Part shown: in pieces, positions 18,356 to 26,884 of the stretch
Layout of the letters: the number at the start of each line of letters is the position of its first letter
Position numbering within the stretch: the first letter of the stretch is position 1
NCBI GenBank assembly: GCA_001788095.1
Contig: MFZX01000009.1
Coordinates: 185-64,184 of the forward strand
Origin: Candidatus Roizmanbacteria bacterium RIFCSPHIGHO2_12_FULL_37_23
GTDB lineage: Bacteria; Patescibacteriota; Microgenomatia; UBA1406; HO2-37-13b
DNA: 64,000 nt
Reading direction: 5' to 3'
The notes under the pieces: model-generated
Database searches by the model: none
The model's input: the letters and a program-made list of their open reading frames with translations, nothing else
Told to the model about the DNA's origin: nothing
Program-made: the position numbers and the translations under genes

Positions 18356-19293
18356 AACCCTCCTGCGATAGTGAGGTCTCCTTTAATGGGAGGATGAGGA
18401 TCATAGTTTTCAAGAGTGATCTTTTCAGTTGTAAAATCTCTGATTTCGCTAAGAGAAGAATCAATCTTTACAGTAGGTAAAGTTCTTGGTTTTCTGGAAA
18501 GTTGTTCTTTGACTTGGTCCTTGTGGTTTTCATAGATATGAGCATCGCCAAACGTGTGAACAAATTCACCAGGTTTGACTTTGAGTATGTGGGCAAGAAT
18601 GAGATTTAGTAAGGCATAACTAGCTATGTTAAAGGGAACACCAAGGAAAAGATCAGCACTTCTCTGATAGAGTTGTAGATAAAGTCTATTATCCTTAATA
18701 CTTAGTTGATACATGTTATGGCACATGGGAAAGTGAGACGTATCTCTGTAATGTGCCATAGTATATAGATATTCAGGATTCCATGAAGTTACAATAGCAT
18801 TTCGTGCATATGGATCAGCTCGGAGCTCGTTAATTGCCCAGTCCAATTGATCTATAGTCTTTTTTGATCTCGTTGGCCATCTCCTCCATAATTCTCCATA
18901 AATTCTTGGCAAATTTCCCCATTTTTGCGCAAATTTAGTATCATTTCTAATTTTTTCAATAAATTTCTCCTTGGTCATTGTGGGTAGTTTGTGGGTTGGA
19001 GCTTGCTGATTGTAAATTTTATACGGATAATCATCCCAAATATGCACATTATTATCGACAAGATATTTTATATTTGAATTTCCAGAGGCAAACCAATAGA
19101 GTTCATGCAATACTCCTTTCCAGTATACGCGCTTAGTAGTTAATAGTGGAAATCCTTGTGAAAGATCGAATCGTAATTGTCTCCCAAAAACGCTGAGTGA
19201 TGTCACGCCTGTTCCGCGGTCGACATTCTCTACACCTTTTTCAAGGACTTCTCGAAGTAAATCTAAATATTGTTGTTCTGGATGAATTATCAT
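18343..19293 (-). CDS. thyA: Thymidylate synthase
   Basis: DRGTG, GFPLLTTK, PMCH catalytic Cys, YQRSADLFLGVPFNIASY, GDAHIYENH. Confidence 0.97.
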   Translation of the reverse strand: MIIHPEQQYLDLLREVLEKGVENVDRGTGVTSLSVFGRQLRFDLSQGFPLLTTKRVYWKGVLHELYWFASGNSNIKYLVDNNVHIWDDYPYKIYNQQAPTHKLPTMTKEKFIEKIRNDTKFAQKWGNLPRIYGELWRRWPTRSKKTIDQLDWAINELRADPYARNAIVTSWNPEYLYTMAHYRDTSHFPMCHNMYQLSIKDNRLYLQLYQRSADLFLGVPFNIASYALLNLILAHILKVKPGEFVHTFGDAHIYENHKDQVKEQLSRKPRTLPTVKIDSSLSEIRDFTTEKITLENYDPHPPIKGDLTIAGGFYEG

Positions 19294-19832
19294 ACTTGTT
19301 TTTCTCTCTTCTCAGTCGTAACTCTTCCACCTTGCCATTGACCCCTGTAGCTCTCTCCTCCTCCATCGACCCAGAAAAATTGAATATGAGCGAATCTACA
19401 GCCTAATTCCATAACTACGGGAATTGGTCCTGCATTAAATGCACCAAAGGTTAGCGAGCCTTTATAACCAGGCTGCACTGCTCCTGTACGAATTATAAGA
19501 CCACTTCTGAATGTTGTCGTACGTGGTTTTATCTGCGCTGTGATGTCAACTGGTAAATTGACTTCTTCGAGTGTCTGCAATAAGTAAAATTCTTGAGGAT
19601 TAAACCGAAGTTCTTGCTTTTTAGATTTAATATACGTATAGAGAGTCTCAATGGTTGGAGTCTCTCTATCTCTTATTCCAAGAAAAGCTGATCCTCCAGA
19701 TATTTTATGTACTGCGCCAAGACGTAGATCAAAACCTGCTCCCTCAGGATTTTCTAATTCACGCCGATCAAGTCCGGTGACAAGCCGTTCATCCTTGACG
19801 AGTTTAAGAAGTTTCTTTGGTCCAATAATCAT
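19290..19832 (-). CDS. dUTPase/dCTP deaminase superfamily protein
   Basis: GFDLRL, PRTTTFRSG, PGYKG, Y.GQWQG tail. Confidence 0.8.
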   Translation of the reverse strand: MIIGPKKLLKLVKDERLVTGLDRRELENPEGAGFDLRLGAVHKISGGSAFLGIRDRETPTIETLYTYIKSKKQELRFNPQEFYLLQTLEEVNLPVDITAQIKPRTTTFRSGLIIRTGAVQPGYKGSLTFGAFNAGPIPVVMELGCRFAHIQFFWVDGGGESYRGQWQGGRVTTEKREKQV

Positions 19833-19862
19833 TTTTATAGAAACTAATTTTTAAATTATAAA

Positions 19863-20435
19863 TTATGATAAGTCTTTTTTGTCTATTTTTGATGCAACGC
19901 TCCCTTTTTGATTGACATACTTTGCCATTTTATTTTTATAATAGGGTGTTTCAGCATTACTGGTCATTTCTTCAAAAGATAATGCACACACTCTCATTCC
20001 TGGATACAAAGCGACCGGCAATCGAGCGATATTGCTTAACTCGAGAACAAGGTTTCCCCTCCACCCCGGTGGAATAAGTTGTGCGGTAGCATGGACAATA
20101 ATGCCGATCCTACCAAGCGATGATCTTCCCTCTAATCGAGCGGCAATATTGTCTGGTAGTTCGATCCATTCTGCTGTAGACGCTAAAACAAGTTCTCCTG
20201 GCTGGACAGTAAAAGGTACATTATTAGGAATTTTAATGGGTCTCGTCAATTCAGAAGGAACGCCTTTTTGAATATCAATATATGGGGTTACAGTATACTC
20301 AAATACTCTAAAATTTGTTCCCAATCGAAGATCTAAAGAACAAGGACCTAGTTGAGTGGAAAAGTCCGGAATAGGTTTAATAATAATATTTTTCTGTTTA
20401 ATATTTCTTCTTATGTCTTTATCTGAAAGAAGCAT
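19863..20435 (-). CDS. dcd: dCTP deaminase
   Basis: LSDKDI, SLDLRLG, EGRSSLGRIGIIVHATA, LVLELSN, KY.NQ. Confidence 0.92.
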   Translation of the reverse strand: MLLSDKDIRRNIKQKNIIIKPIPDFSTQLGPCSLDLRLGTNFRVFEYTVTPYIDIQKGVPSELTRPIKIPNNVPFTVQPGELVLASTAEWIELPDNIAARLEGRSSLGRIGIIVHATAQLIPPGWRGNLVLELSNIARLPVALYPGMRVCALSFEEMTSNAETPYYKNKMAKYVNQKGSVASKIDKKDLS

Positions 20436-20497
20436 GAAGCGATTATAACCGAGTTCATTGCAATTTGTAAAGTCGGATATTATAATTGCTTAAGCGA

Positions 20498-20569
20498 GGG
20501 TGCGTGGCTCAGTGGTAGAGCGCGTTCCTGATAAGAACGAGGTCCCAGGTTCGATCCCTGGCGCACCCA
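20498..20569 (+). tRNA. tRNA-Ile(GAT), CCA not encoded
   Basis: GGGTGCG...CGCACCC-A; anticodon arm CGTTC-CTGATAA-GAACG. Confidence 0.96.
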
Positions 20570-20602
20570 CAGTAGTAAAATACTTGGAAATCCCACGCCC
20601 AC

Positions 20603-21520
20603 CTATAAGAAGTCCTCTCTGATGAAAGCGAATAACAGAAATCCGGTGACCACGATCATAAACAATAAAATCGCAAAAAATGCCCATGGTTTATCTGCAA
20701 AGGGTATATTTACGTTCATTCCATAAATACTTGCAATCATTGTTGGAACAGTGAGAATAACCGTTACAGATGTCAGAAGTTTAATAACACGATTTAAATT
20801 ATTCGTCATGATTGTTGAATATGCCTCTCGAATATTGACAATGGTTCGAATACTGTCGTCTGACAATTCAATCAGCTGTTTATTTGATAACATAATATCT
20901 TCAACCAAATCTTTATCCTTTTCATAAAGCGTTACGTGCTTGCTCTTAAGTAATGCGTCAAGTATTGAGTTTGTACGGACCAAAACTGGTCTGAAATCGT
21001 TAACTATTCCTTCGTAAGTTACAAATTGCACAATGTCTTCGTTCTTAATTTTCTCAAGTTTAATTTCCTTCGCACGAATGTCTCGACTAATGCGATTAAG
21101 ATATGTGTTATAGATTTTGTTTAACTGTTGAACGAGTTGTAGTAATAATTTAATTTTTTGTGTGGTAAATAATTCTTTTGACTGTACGAGGGTTTGAATA
21201 AATTCCGGAGAAGATGGGGAGATTGTTGCAATAAATTTATCAGCGATACAAAATAGGATAGGGATTGTCTTAACTTCGTCATTGTCATCGAACGGATATC
21301 TTGTGTATATATAAACATCCCCATGTTCTATCTCAATACGGGGAACCTCATACATATCTAAAGCATCTTTTAGTAAACCTTTATCAAGATCTAATTCTTT
21401 TTCAAGAAACGTAAGTTCAGATTGTTCAGGATTGACAACATGAACCCATGATCCAACCTTAAAGTTTTCAAGTTGCTGAAGCGCATCATCCTTGATGTTG
21501 CGATAATAATACGTAATCAT
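20603..21520 (-). CDS. corA: CorA-family magnesium transporter
   Basis: PTMIASIYGMN signature, two C-terminal TM helices. Confidence 0.93.
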   Translation of the reverse strand: MITYYYRNIKDDALQQLENFKVGSWVHVVNPEQSELTFLEKELDLDKGLLKDALDMYEVPRIEIEHGDVYIYTRYPFDDNDEVKTIPILFCIADKFIATISPSSPEFIQTLVQSKELFTTQKIKLLLQLVQQLNKIYNTYLNRISRDIRAKEIKLEKIKNEDIVQFVTYEGIVNDFRPVLVRTNSILDALLKSKHVTLYEKDKDLVEDIMLSNKQLIELSDDSIRTIVNIREAYSTIMTNNLNRVIKLLTSVTVILTVPTMIASIYGMNVNIPFADKPWAFFAILLFMIVVTGFLLFAFIREDFL

Positions 21521-21608
21521 ATCGATTTTTGAATTCTAATTTCCAGGAATTAATTGAATCTTATCTACAGCATATATATAAACAAGAGAGATTTCAAGCA
21601 AAAAATGT

Positions 21609-22499
21609 TTATGCAAGCCACTCAGCGATAATTTTTCCAACCTTTTTCCTATGATTATGAAATGAATGGTCAGCGTTTTTAATAATTTTATATGTAAGTT
21701 GTGGTTGGTATTCCTTAAGAATTTTGATAATTTTTGAAACATTACCCCACGCATACTCATCATTTTCGCCATATATAACTAATGATGGTTTATTCAGTGA
21801 TTTATACATTTTAAATAATTCTTGTTTACGGGATAACATTGTTTTTCTCAGGACTTCATAAAAAGGAAAAACATTATAATCTCCGTCTGGATTAGCAATA
21901 TCGAAGAAACCTTTATATGAAAAAATTTCGCCTGGCAGTAATTCGCATATTATGTCCTGTCCATTACCTTTCTTGATTTGTTGTCGTGCTTTTTCAAGAA
22001 GAGGCCAAAACTTTTCAGGACCATACATATCGTAGTATATTCCAACGTCGTCTCCCCCGCCTAGAAGTACGTATTTACTAATAGGATTTTCTGGTTTGTA
22101 AAAATGATAGATACAAATTTTATTTGCGCCTGTTGATTCTCCAATTAAATAAAATTCATTAAAGCCTTGTTGTTTCAGGAATAGAACTGCCGCGTCAATG
22201 TCTTGAATACAATCTTTAATAATTTCATAAGCCATACCAAATAGTTGATCATCATCAGTGTCCTGTATTTCAAGTTTTGTTATATAATGGGCTCCTCGAT
22301 TATTAAAAGATAAAAGAGAGACCCCTTTTTTTGCAAGTTCCTCAGCATATTCAGCACGACCTTTTCCATAAAAAACAGACGAACTTCCATTACCGTGTAA
22401 AAAAATTGCTGCTTTTGTAGATTTTGCTGCATGAAAAAGCAGTCCGGGAAGTTCTAAATTGTCTTTTGTAGTAAAGTGAATAAGTTTTGGCTCTAGCAT
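21609..22499 (-). CDS. Alpha/beta hydrolase (DUF1749-like)
   Basis: FLHGNG, GESTG nucleophile elbow, GENDE, ADHSF. Confidence 0.85.
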   Translation of the reverse strand: MLEPKLIHFTTKDNLELPGLLFHAAKSTKAAIFLHGNGSSSVFYGKGRAEYAEELAKKGVSLLSFNNRGAHYITKLEIQDTDDDQLFGMAYEIIKDCIQDIDAAVLFLKQQGFNEFYLIGESTGANKICIYHFYKPENPISKYVLLGGGDDVGIYYDMYGPEKFWPLLEKARQQIKKGNGQDIICELLPGEIFSYKGFFDIANPDGDYNVFPFYEVLRKTMLSRKQELFKMYKSLNKPSLVIYGENDEYAWGNVSKIIKILKEYQPQLTYKIIKNADHSFHNHRKKVGKIIAEWLA

Positions 22500-22546
22500 A
22501 AGCCAATTATACCATGAATATCATGTTAAAATACACGATGTTGATG

Positions 22547-23017
22547 TCATAGATGTAATATAACCTCATCATCGGGGAGAGAATGCTTTTCGCTAAAGAT
22601 CTTGATCATTTTTGGAGTAACTTTATATACTTTACTTGTCATAATTTTAGCCTGAAAATTTTTGAAGTTTAGTTTCTCCTTTGTGCTTGGGTAAAGTTTG
22701 TTATACATTCTAAGCATCCATTTAATTGTAGCTAGTTCATTTTCCATTGTAGCGTGACCGTATAATTGAAGTCCAACTTTTTTATCACGTGCTTTTTGGC
22801 TAGAGTCAGCAATAGCACATGCCACACTATTATTTTTCAAGATCTGCTTACAATGATAAGAACTAGCCGGTGAAATAAAGTATAGATTCAAATTATTGTC
22901 AGATACATAATAAACTGAGGCTATCCACGGGTGATCAGCACACGTGGCAATAGCCATGAGTCGACATTCAGCTAAAATTTCATGAACTATCTCTTTATAA
23001 TCTCGTTGAGTGGACAT
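22547..23017 (-). CDS. Pyridoxamine 5'-phosphate oxidase-like FMN-binding split-barrel protein
   Basis: MAIAT....PW...VYY, LYFIS...S.H...I..N..VA, GLQLYG. Confidence 0.85.
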   Translation of the reverse strand: MSTQRDYKEIVHEILAECRLMAIATCADHPWIASVYYVSDNNLNLYFISPASSYHCKQILKNNSVACAIADSSQKARDKKVGLQLYGHATMENELATIKWMLRMYNKLYPSTKEKLNFKNFQAKIMTSKVYKVTPKMIKIFSEKHSLPDDEVILHL

Positions 23018-24141
23018 TATTTTATATTATAAGTTCCAACAGCTTGACTTATATTTGTATATCCATCCTTATTAAGCAATTCTACGAGTCCCTTATTAAT
23101 ATCACCAATGAGTTGAGGTCCTTCAAATATCATACCCGTAATTAATTGTAAAAGTGAAGCACCTCTTTTAATCTTTTCATAAGCATCTTCGGCAGAAAAA
23201 ATTCCACCCACACCTATAATTATAAATCTATTACCATATGTCTGAAAAGTTTTAGAAATAAGATTATTTGATAACTCCCAGGTTGGTTTACCACTTATTC
23301 CACCTTTTATATCTAGAGGAATCAAATCTTTTATAGCTTTGCTATGGTGATCCTTGTTAAGATTTCCTATTATCACACCAGATATCTTAAACTGCATCGC
23401 TATATCTAGAAGTTTTTTAAACTCTTTCCACGGAAGGTTTATAGGCATTTTGAGAAATATTGGCATACTAATTTTTAATGAGTTGAGTTTAAACAATAGT
23501 TTTTTGAGTCTTTCTTCTGTCGTAAAAGGTTCTCCTCCAAAAGTGTTTGGGCACGAAATATTAATGGTATAAAAATTACCGGTGTTACTCTTAACAAGTT
23601 CTTTAAGACAATTATAATAGTCATTAATGCCATTTCTTGTAGATGAGGTAGCAGAACTATTTGTTTTTCCTACGGAAACACTTAGCGGAAATTCAGGATC
23701 CTTCTGTTTTTGAATTCTTTGAATGATTTTCTTAACACCAAGGTTTTTTAACCCGTAATTTACTATGATACCTTTAGTTTGTATAAGTCGATAGAGTCGT
23801 GGTTTCGGATTTCCCTCATACGGTTTGTATGTTACTGTTCCAATTTCTGCAAAACCAAATCCTATATGGGGCAGGATATTAATTAATTGGGCATCTTTAT
23901 CAAAACCAGCAGCTAAACCTACAGGATTTTTAAATGGTATGCCATGTATCGTTTGTTCTAAAGAGGGATGTTGATATGAAAACAATAATCTTGTGAGGGA
24001 TTTTGTAATAGAGAATCTGCCTAAGATCTTTCCAACTTGTAAAAATAGATCATGAACTGTCTCAGGATCAAAACGGAAGAGAATGGGTTTAACTAAGTGT
24101 TTATAGGTGACACTAATGATTGATGATTTGTACATATGCAT
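23017..24141 (-). CDS. pyrD: Dihydroorotate dehydrogenase, class 2 scaffold
   Basis: DPETVH, NPVGLAAGFDKD, GNPKPRLYRL, NISCPNT, GGISGKP, IGVGGI. Confidence 0.92.
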   Translation of the reverse strand: MHMYKSSIISVTYKHLVKPILFRFDPETVHDLFLQVGKILGRFSITKSLTRLLFSYQHPSLEQTIHGIPFKNPVGLAAGFDKDAQLINILPHIGFGFAEIGTVTYKPYEGNPKPRLYRLIQTKGIIVNYGLKNLGVKKIIQRIQKQKDPEFPLSVSVGKTNSSATSSTRNGINDYYNCLKELVKSNTGNFYTINISCPNTFGGEPFTTEERLKKLLFKLNSLKISMPIFLKMPINLPWKEFKKLLDIAMQFKISGVIIGNLNKDHHSKAIKDLIPLDIKGGISGKPTWELSNNLISKTFQTYGNRFIIIGVGGIFSAEDAYEKIKRGASLLQLITGMIFEGPQLIGDINKGLVELLNKDGYTNISQAVGTYNIK

Positions 24142-24148
24142 AACCTTG

Positions 24149-24219
24149 TGGACTTACTGGGAATCGAACCCAGAACTCGCCCATGCGAAGGGCGCGGTAT
24201 ACCATTTACCTATAAGCCC
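24149..24219 (-). tRNA. tRNA-Ala(CGC), CCA not encoded
   Basis: GGGCTTA...TAAGTCC-A with G3:U70; anticodon arm CGCCC-TTCGCAT-GGGCG. Confidence 0.95.
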
Positions 24220-24257
24220 ATTTTAATTGTGATATTATAGTGTATTATAATATTTTC

Positions 24258-25094
24258 ATGAGAAAACTTATTGTCATTGGTGATTATTGTAGAGATACAG
24301 TGGTTTGTCAAGAAATCCGATCAAGCGTGGATGGATTTCTTAAAAATCAGAAAGAAAGTAAAATATCATTTATCAGTGTAACTCCTTCGACGATTCATAC
24401 AAGCTATGTATTACAGCAAATTGTATTAACAGAAGAAAGATATGGTATTCCCGAGGAAACAGTTTTTTTTGTAAATACTGATCCTCGGATTGAAAGAGAT
24501 AGTTATGCTCCTGAAGCAGAAGGATCTAAAGGAGTCATCATAAAGCTTGTGAGCGGAATATATGTAACTGGGCCGAATTCCGGATTTTGCTTTTCAATGA
24601 TTAAAGAAAGAATTCAAGCAGTATTTACATATGAGCCACTCAGTAAAGGAAGTCAATTTAGATCTCGTGATAATTATCCGCGCATCATAGCACATCTTAT
24701 GGATTATATGGAGGACGAATTAGAGACAGATTCATCAAGCAAAGATATAATTAAAGAGTTAAAAGGTTTTTATGTAGGACACATAGACAATTATGGAAAC
24801 ATTAAAACTACTATAACGCACGAAGATCTTAAAGGGAAATTATCTATTGGAGACGTATCTGTAATTGAGATCAACAATACGAAACAAGAAGCAAAATATG
24901 TAGACAACTTATTTGGAGGACGTGTAGGACAGTTAGTGATTTATCCTGGATCGTCAGGAAGGCCCGATAACCCATACATGGAAATATCTTGTTGGAGCCA
25001 TTTTGGTGATACGAAGCAAGGTGAAGCTGCTAAAACAGGAAAAGATTTTTTTGAAGGTATATCTCCCGGTTCTTCAATTACTATAGATCTTTAA
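24258..25094 (+). CDS. SAM hydrolase / SAM-dependent halogenase family (DUF62) protein, divergent
   Basis: NTDPR, GPNSG, SQFRSRD, IDNYGNIKT, PGSSG...MEI; start 24258 has TATAAT 6 nt upstream. Confidence 0.75.
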   Translation: MRKLIVIGDYCRDTVVCQEIRSSVDGFLKNQKESKISFISVTPSTIHTSYVLQQIVLTEERYGIPEETVFFVNTDPRIERDSYAPEAEGSKGVIIKLVSGIYVTGPNSGFCFSMIKERIQAVFTYEPLSKGSQFRSRDNYPRIIAHLMDYMEDELETDSSSKDIIKELKGFYVGHIDNYGNIKTTITHEDLKGKLSIGDVSVIEINNTKQEAKYVDNLFGGRVGQLVIYPGSSGRPDNPYMEISCWSHFGDTKQGEAAKTGKDFFEGISPGSSITIDL

Positions 25095-25104
25095 ATGTAT
25101 CTTC

Positions 25105-25132
25105 CTCGTTAACAATGTGAATGTGGTTGGAA
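25105..25132 (-). other. 3' arm of 16S precursor processing stem
   Basis: 28-nt inverted repeat of 26777-26804. Confidence 0.85.
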
Positions 25133-25168
25133 GGCTGCATGCTAAATTTAATATGCATGCAAAAAAAT

Positions 25169-26687
25169 AGAAAGGAGGTGATTCACCCGCTCCTTCCAGA
25201 ACGGGTACCTTGTTACGACTTAGTCCCCATCGCCGGTCTTACCCTCCCCCGCAAAAGCAGGGTTCAGGTACTCCCGACTTTGTTGGCTTGACGGGCAGTG
25301 TGTGCAAGAGACAAGAACGTATTCACCGCGGCATGGCTGATCCGCGATTACTACTAATTCCACGTTCATGAGGTCGAGTTTCAGACCTCAATCCCCACTG
25401 AGAGATGGTTTATAGGATTAGCTCCGCGTTACCGTTTAGCAACCCATTGTCCATCTCATTGTAACATGTGTGTCGCCCAGGGCATAAGCGTCATGCTGAC
25501 TTGACGTCTGCCTCTCCTTCCTCCCCGCCATCGGCGGGGCAGTCTCCCGAGATACGTGTAACTCGGGACAAGGGTTACGTTCGTTGTCCCACTTAAGGGC
25601 ACTCCTCACGGAACGAACTGACGACAGCCATGCAACAGCTGTCCTAACGTCCTTGCGGAAAATCCTACTTTCATAAGATCGCCGTTAGGATGTCAAGCCC
25701 TGGTGAGGTGCTACGGTTTGTCTCGAATTAAACCACATGTTCCACTAGTTGTGTGTCTCCCCGCCAATTCCTTTGAGTTTCAACCTTGCGGTCGTACTCC
25801 CCAGGCGGCTCGCTTAACGCGTTAGCTTCGCCACACCCTCTCCCAAAATAAATCGGGAGAAAATGCAACTAGCGAGCATCGTTTAGGGCTAGGACTACCC
25901 GGGTCTCTAATCCGGTTCGCTCCCCTAGCTTTCGTCTTTCAGCGTCAGTTATTTTCCAGAAATCTGCCTTCGCCATTGGTGTTCTTGACGATATCAACGC
26001 ATTTCACTACTCCTCCGTCAATTCCGATTTCCCTAAAAATAACTCTATCCCGATAGTTTTTTCACCTGTTTCAAGGTTGAGCCTTGATCTTTAAACGAAA
26101 ACTTATCGGGACGCCTACAGACCCTTTACGCCCAGTCACACCGGATAACGCTCGTGGCCCCCGTATCACCGACGCTTCTGGCACGAAGTTAGCGGCCACT
26201 TTCTAGTAGGGTACCGTCAATCCGGCATTCGCCGAGACTTCTTCCCCTACCACAGTAGTTTACATCCCAAGAGATTTCTTCCTACACGCGGTGTCGCGTG
26301 GTCAGGCTTTCGCCCATTGCCAACGATTCTTGATTGCTGCCACCCGTAGGTGTGGAGCCCGTGTCTCAGTGCTCCTCTGGCTGATCACCCTCATGAGGTC
26401 AGCTACCCGTCATAGGCTTGGTAGGCTATTACCCCACCAACTACCTGATAGGCCGCAGGCCCCTCTTACGGCGAGCAGTTATGCCCTTTCCAAGTATCTT
26501 GCGACACCTGGGTATAGAGTATTACCCCCGGTTTCCCGAAGCTATTCTCTACCGAAAGGTAGGTTCCTACGTGTTACTCAGCCGTCCGCCACTACCAGAC
26601 AGTGCAAGCACTGTCAGGACGTTCGACTTGCATATCTTAAACACACCGCTAGCGTTCATCCTGAGCCAGGATCAAACTCTTAAATAA
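25169..26687 (-). rRNA. rrs: 16S rRNA, unlinked from 23S/5S, no large intron
   Basis: AGAGTTTGATCCTGGCTCAG near 5' end; AAGTCGTAACAAGGTA and anti-SD ATCACCTCCTTT at 3' end; about 1.52 kb; ends approximate. Confidence 0.99.
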
Positions 26688-26776
26688 ATATGAATTGCGA
26701 GTTCCCGCTTTCGCTACACTCCAGCGGGACGCTAAAAATTCTTACCTCATTTACATTTGGAAAAAATTTCTAACGA

Positions 26777-26804
26777 TTCCAACCACATTCTCATTGTCAA
26801 CGAG
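26777..26804 (-). other. 5' arm of 16S precursor processing stem, boxA-like start
   Basis: Minus strand (G)CTCGTTGACAATGAGAATGTGGTTGGAA pairs with 25105-25132. Confidence 0.85.
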
Positions 26805-26884
26805 CTTGAAAATATACGTTATACTCAATTTAGAATACAGTATAAGTATGAAGTAACTCAATTATATAAGTTTTAACATAAAAG

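Noticed and set aside
20570..24148. Possible genomic island between convergent tRNA-Ile and tRNA-Ala
   Set aside because: No integrase and no duplicated tRNA 3' end (att site) seen.
25836..25866. Possible insertion/intron in the 16S (TCTCCC...GGGAGA hairpin)
   Set aside because: Total gene length is normal (about 1.52 kb); consistent with a variable helix.
26291..26687. ORFs of 130 and 89 aa on the + strand
   Set aside because: Antisense to 16S rRNA; spurious.
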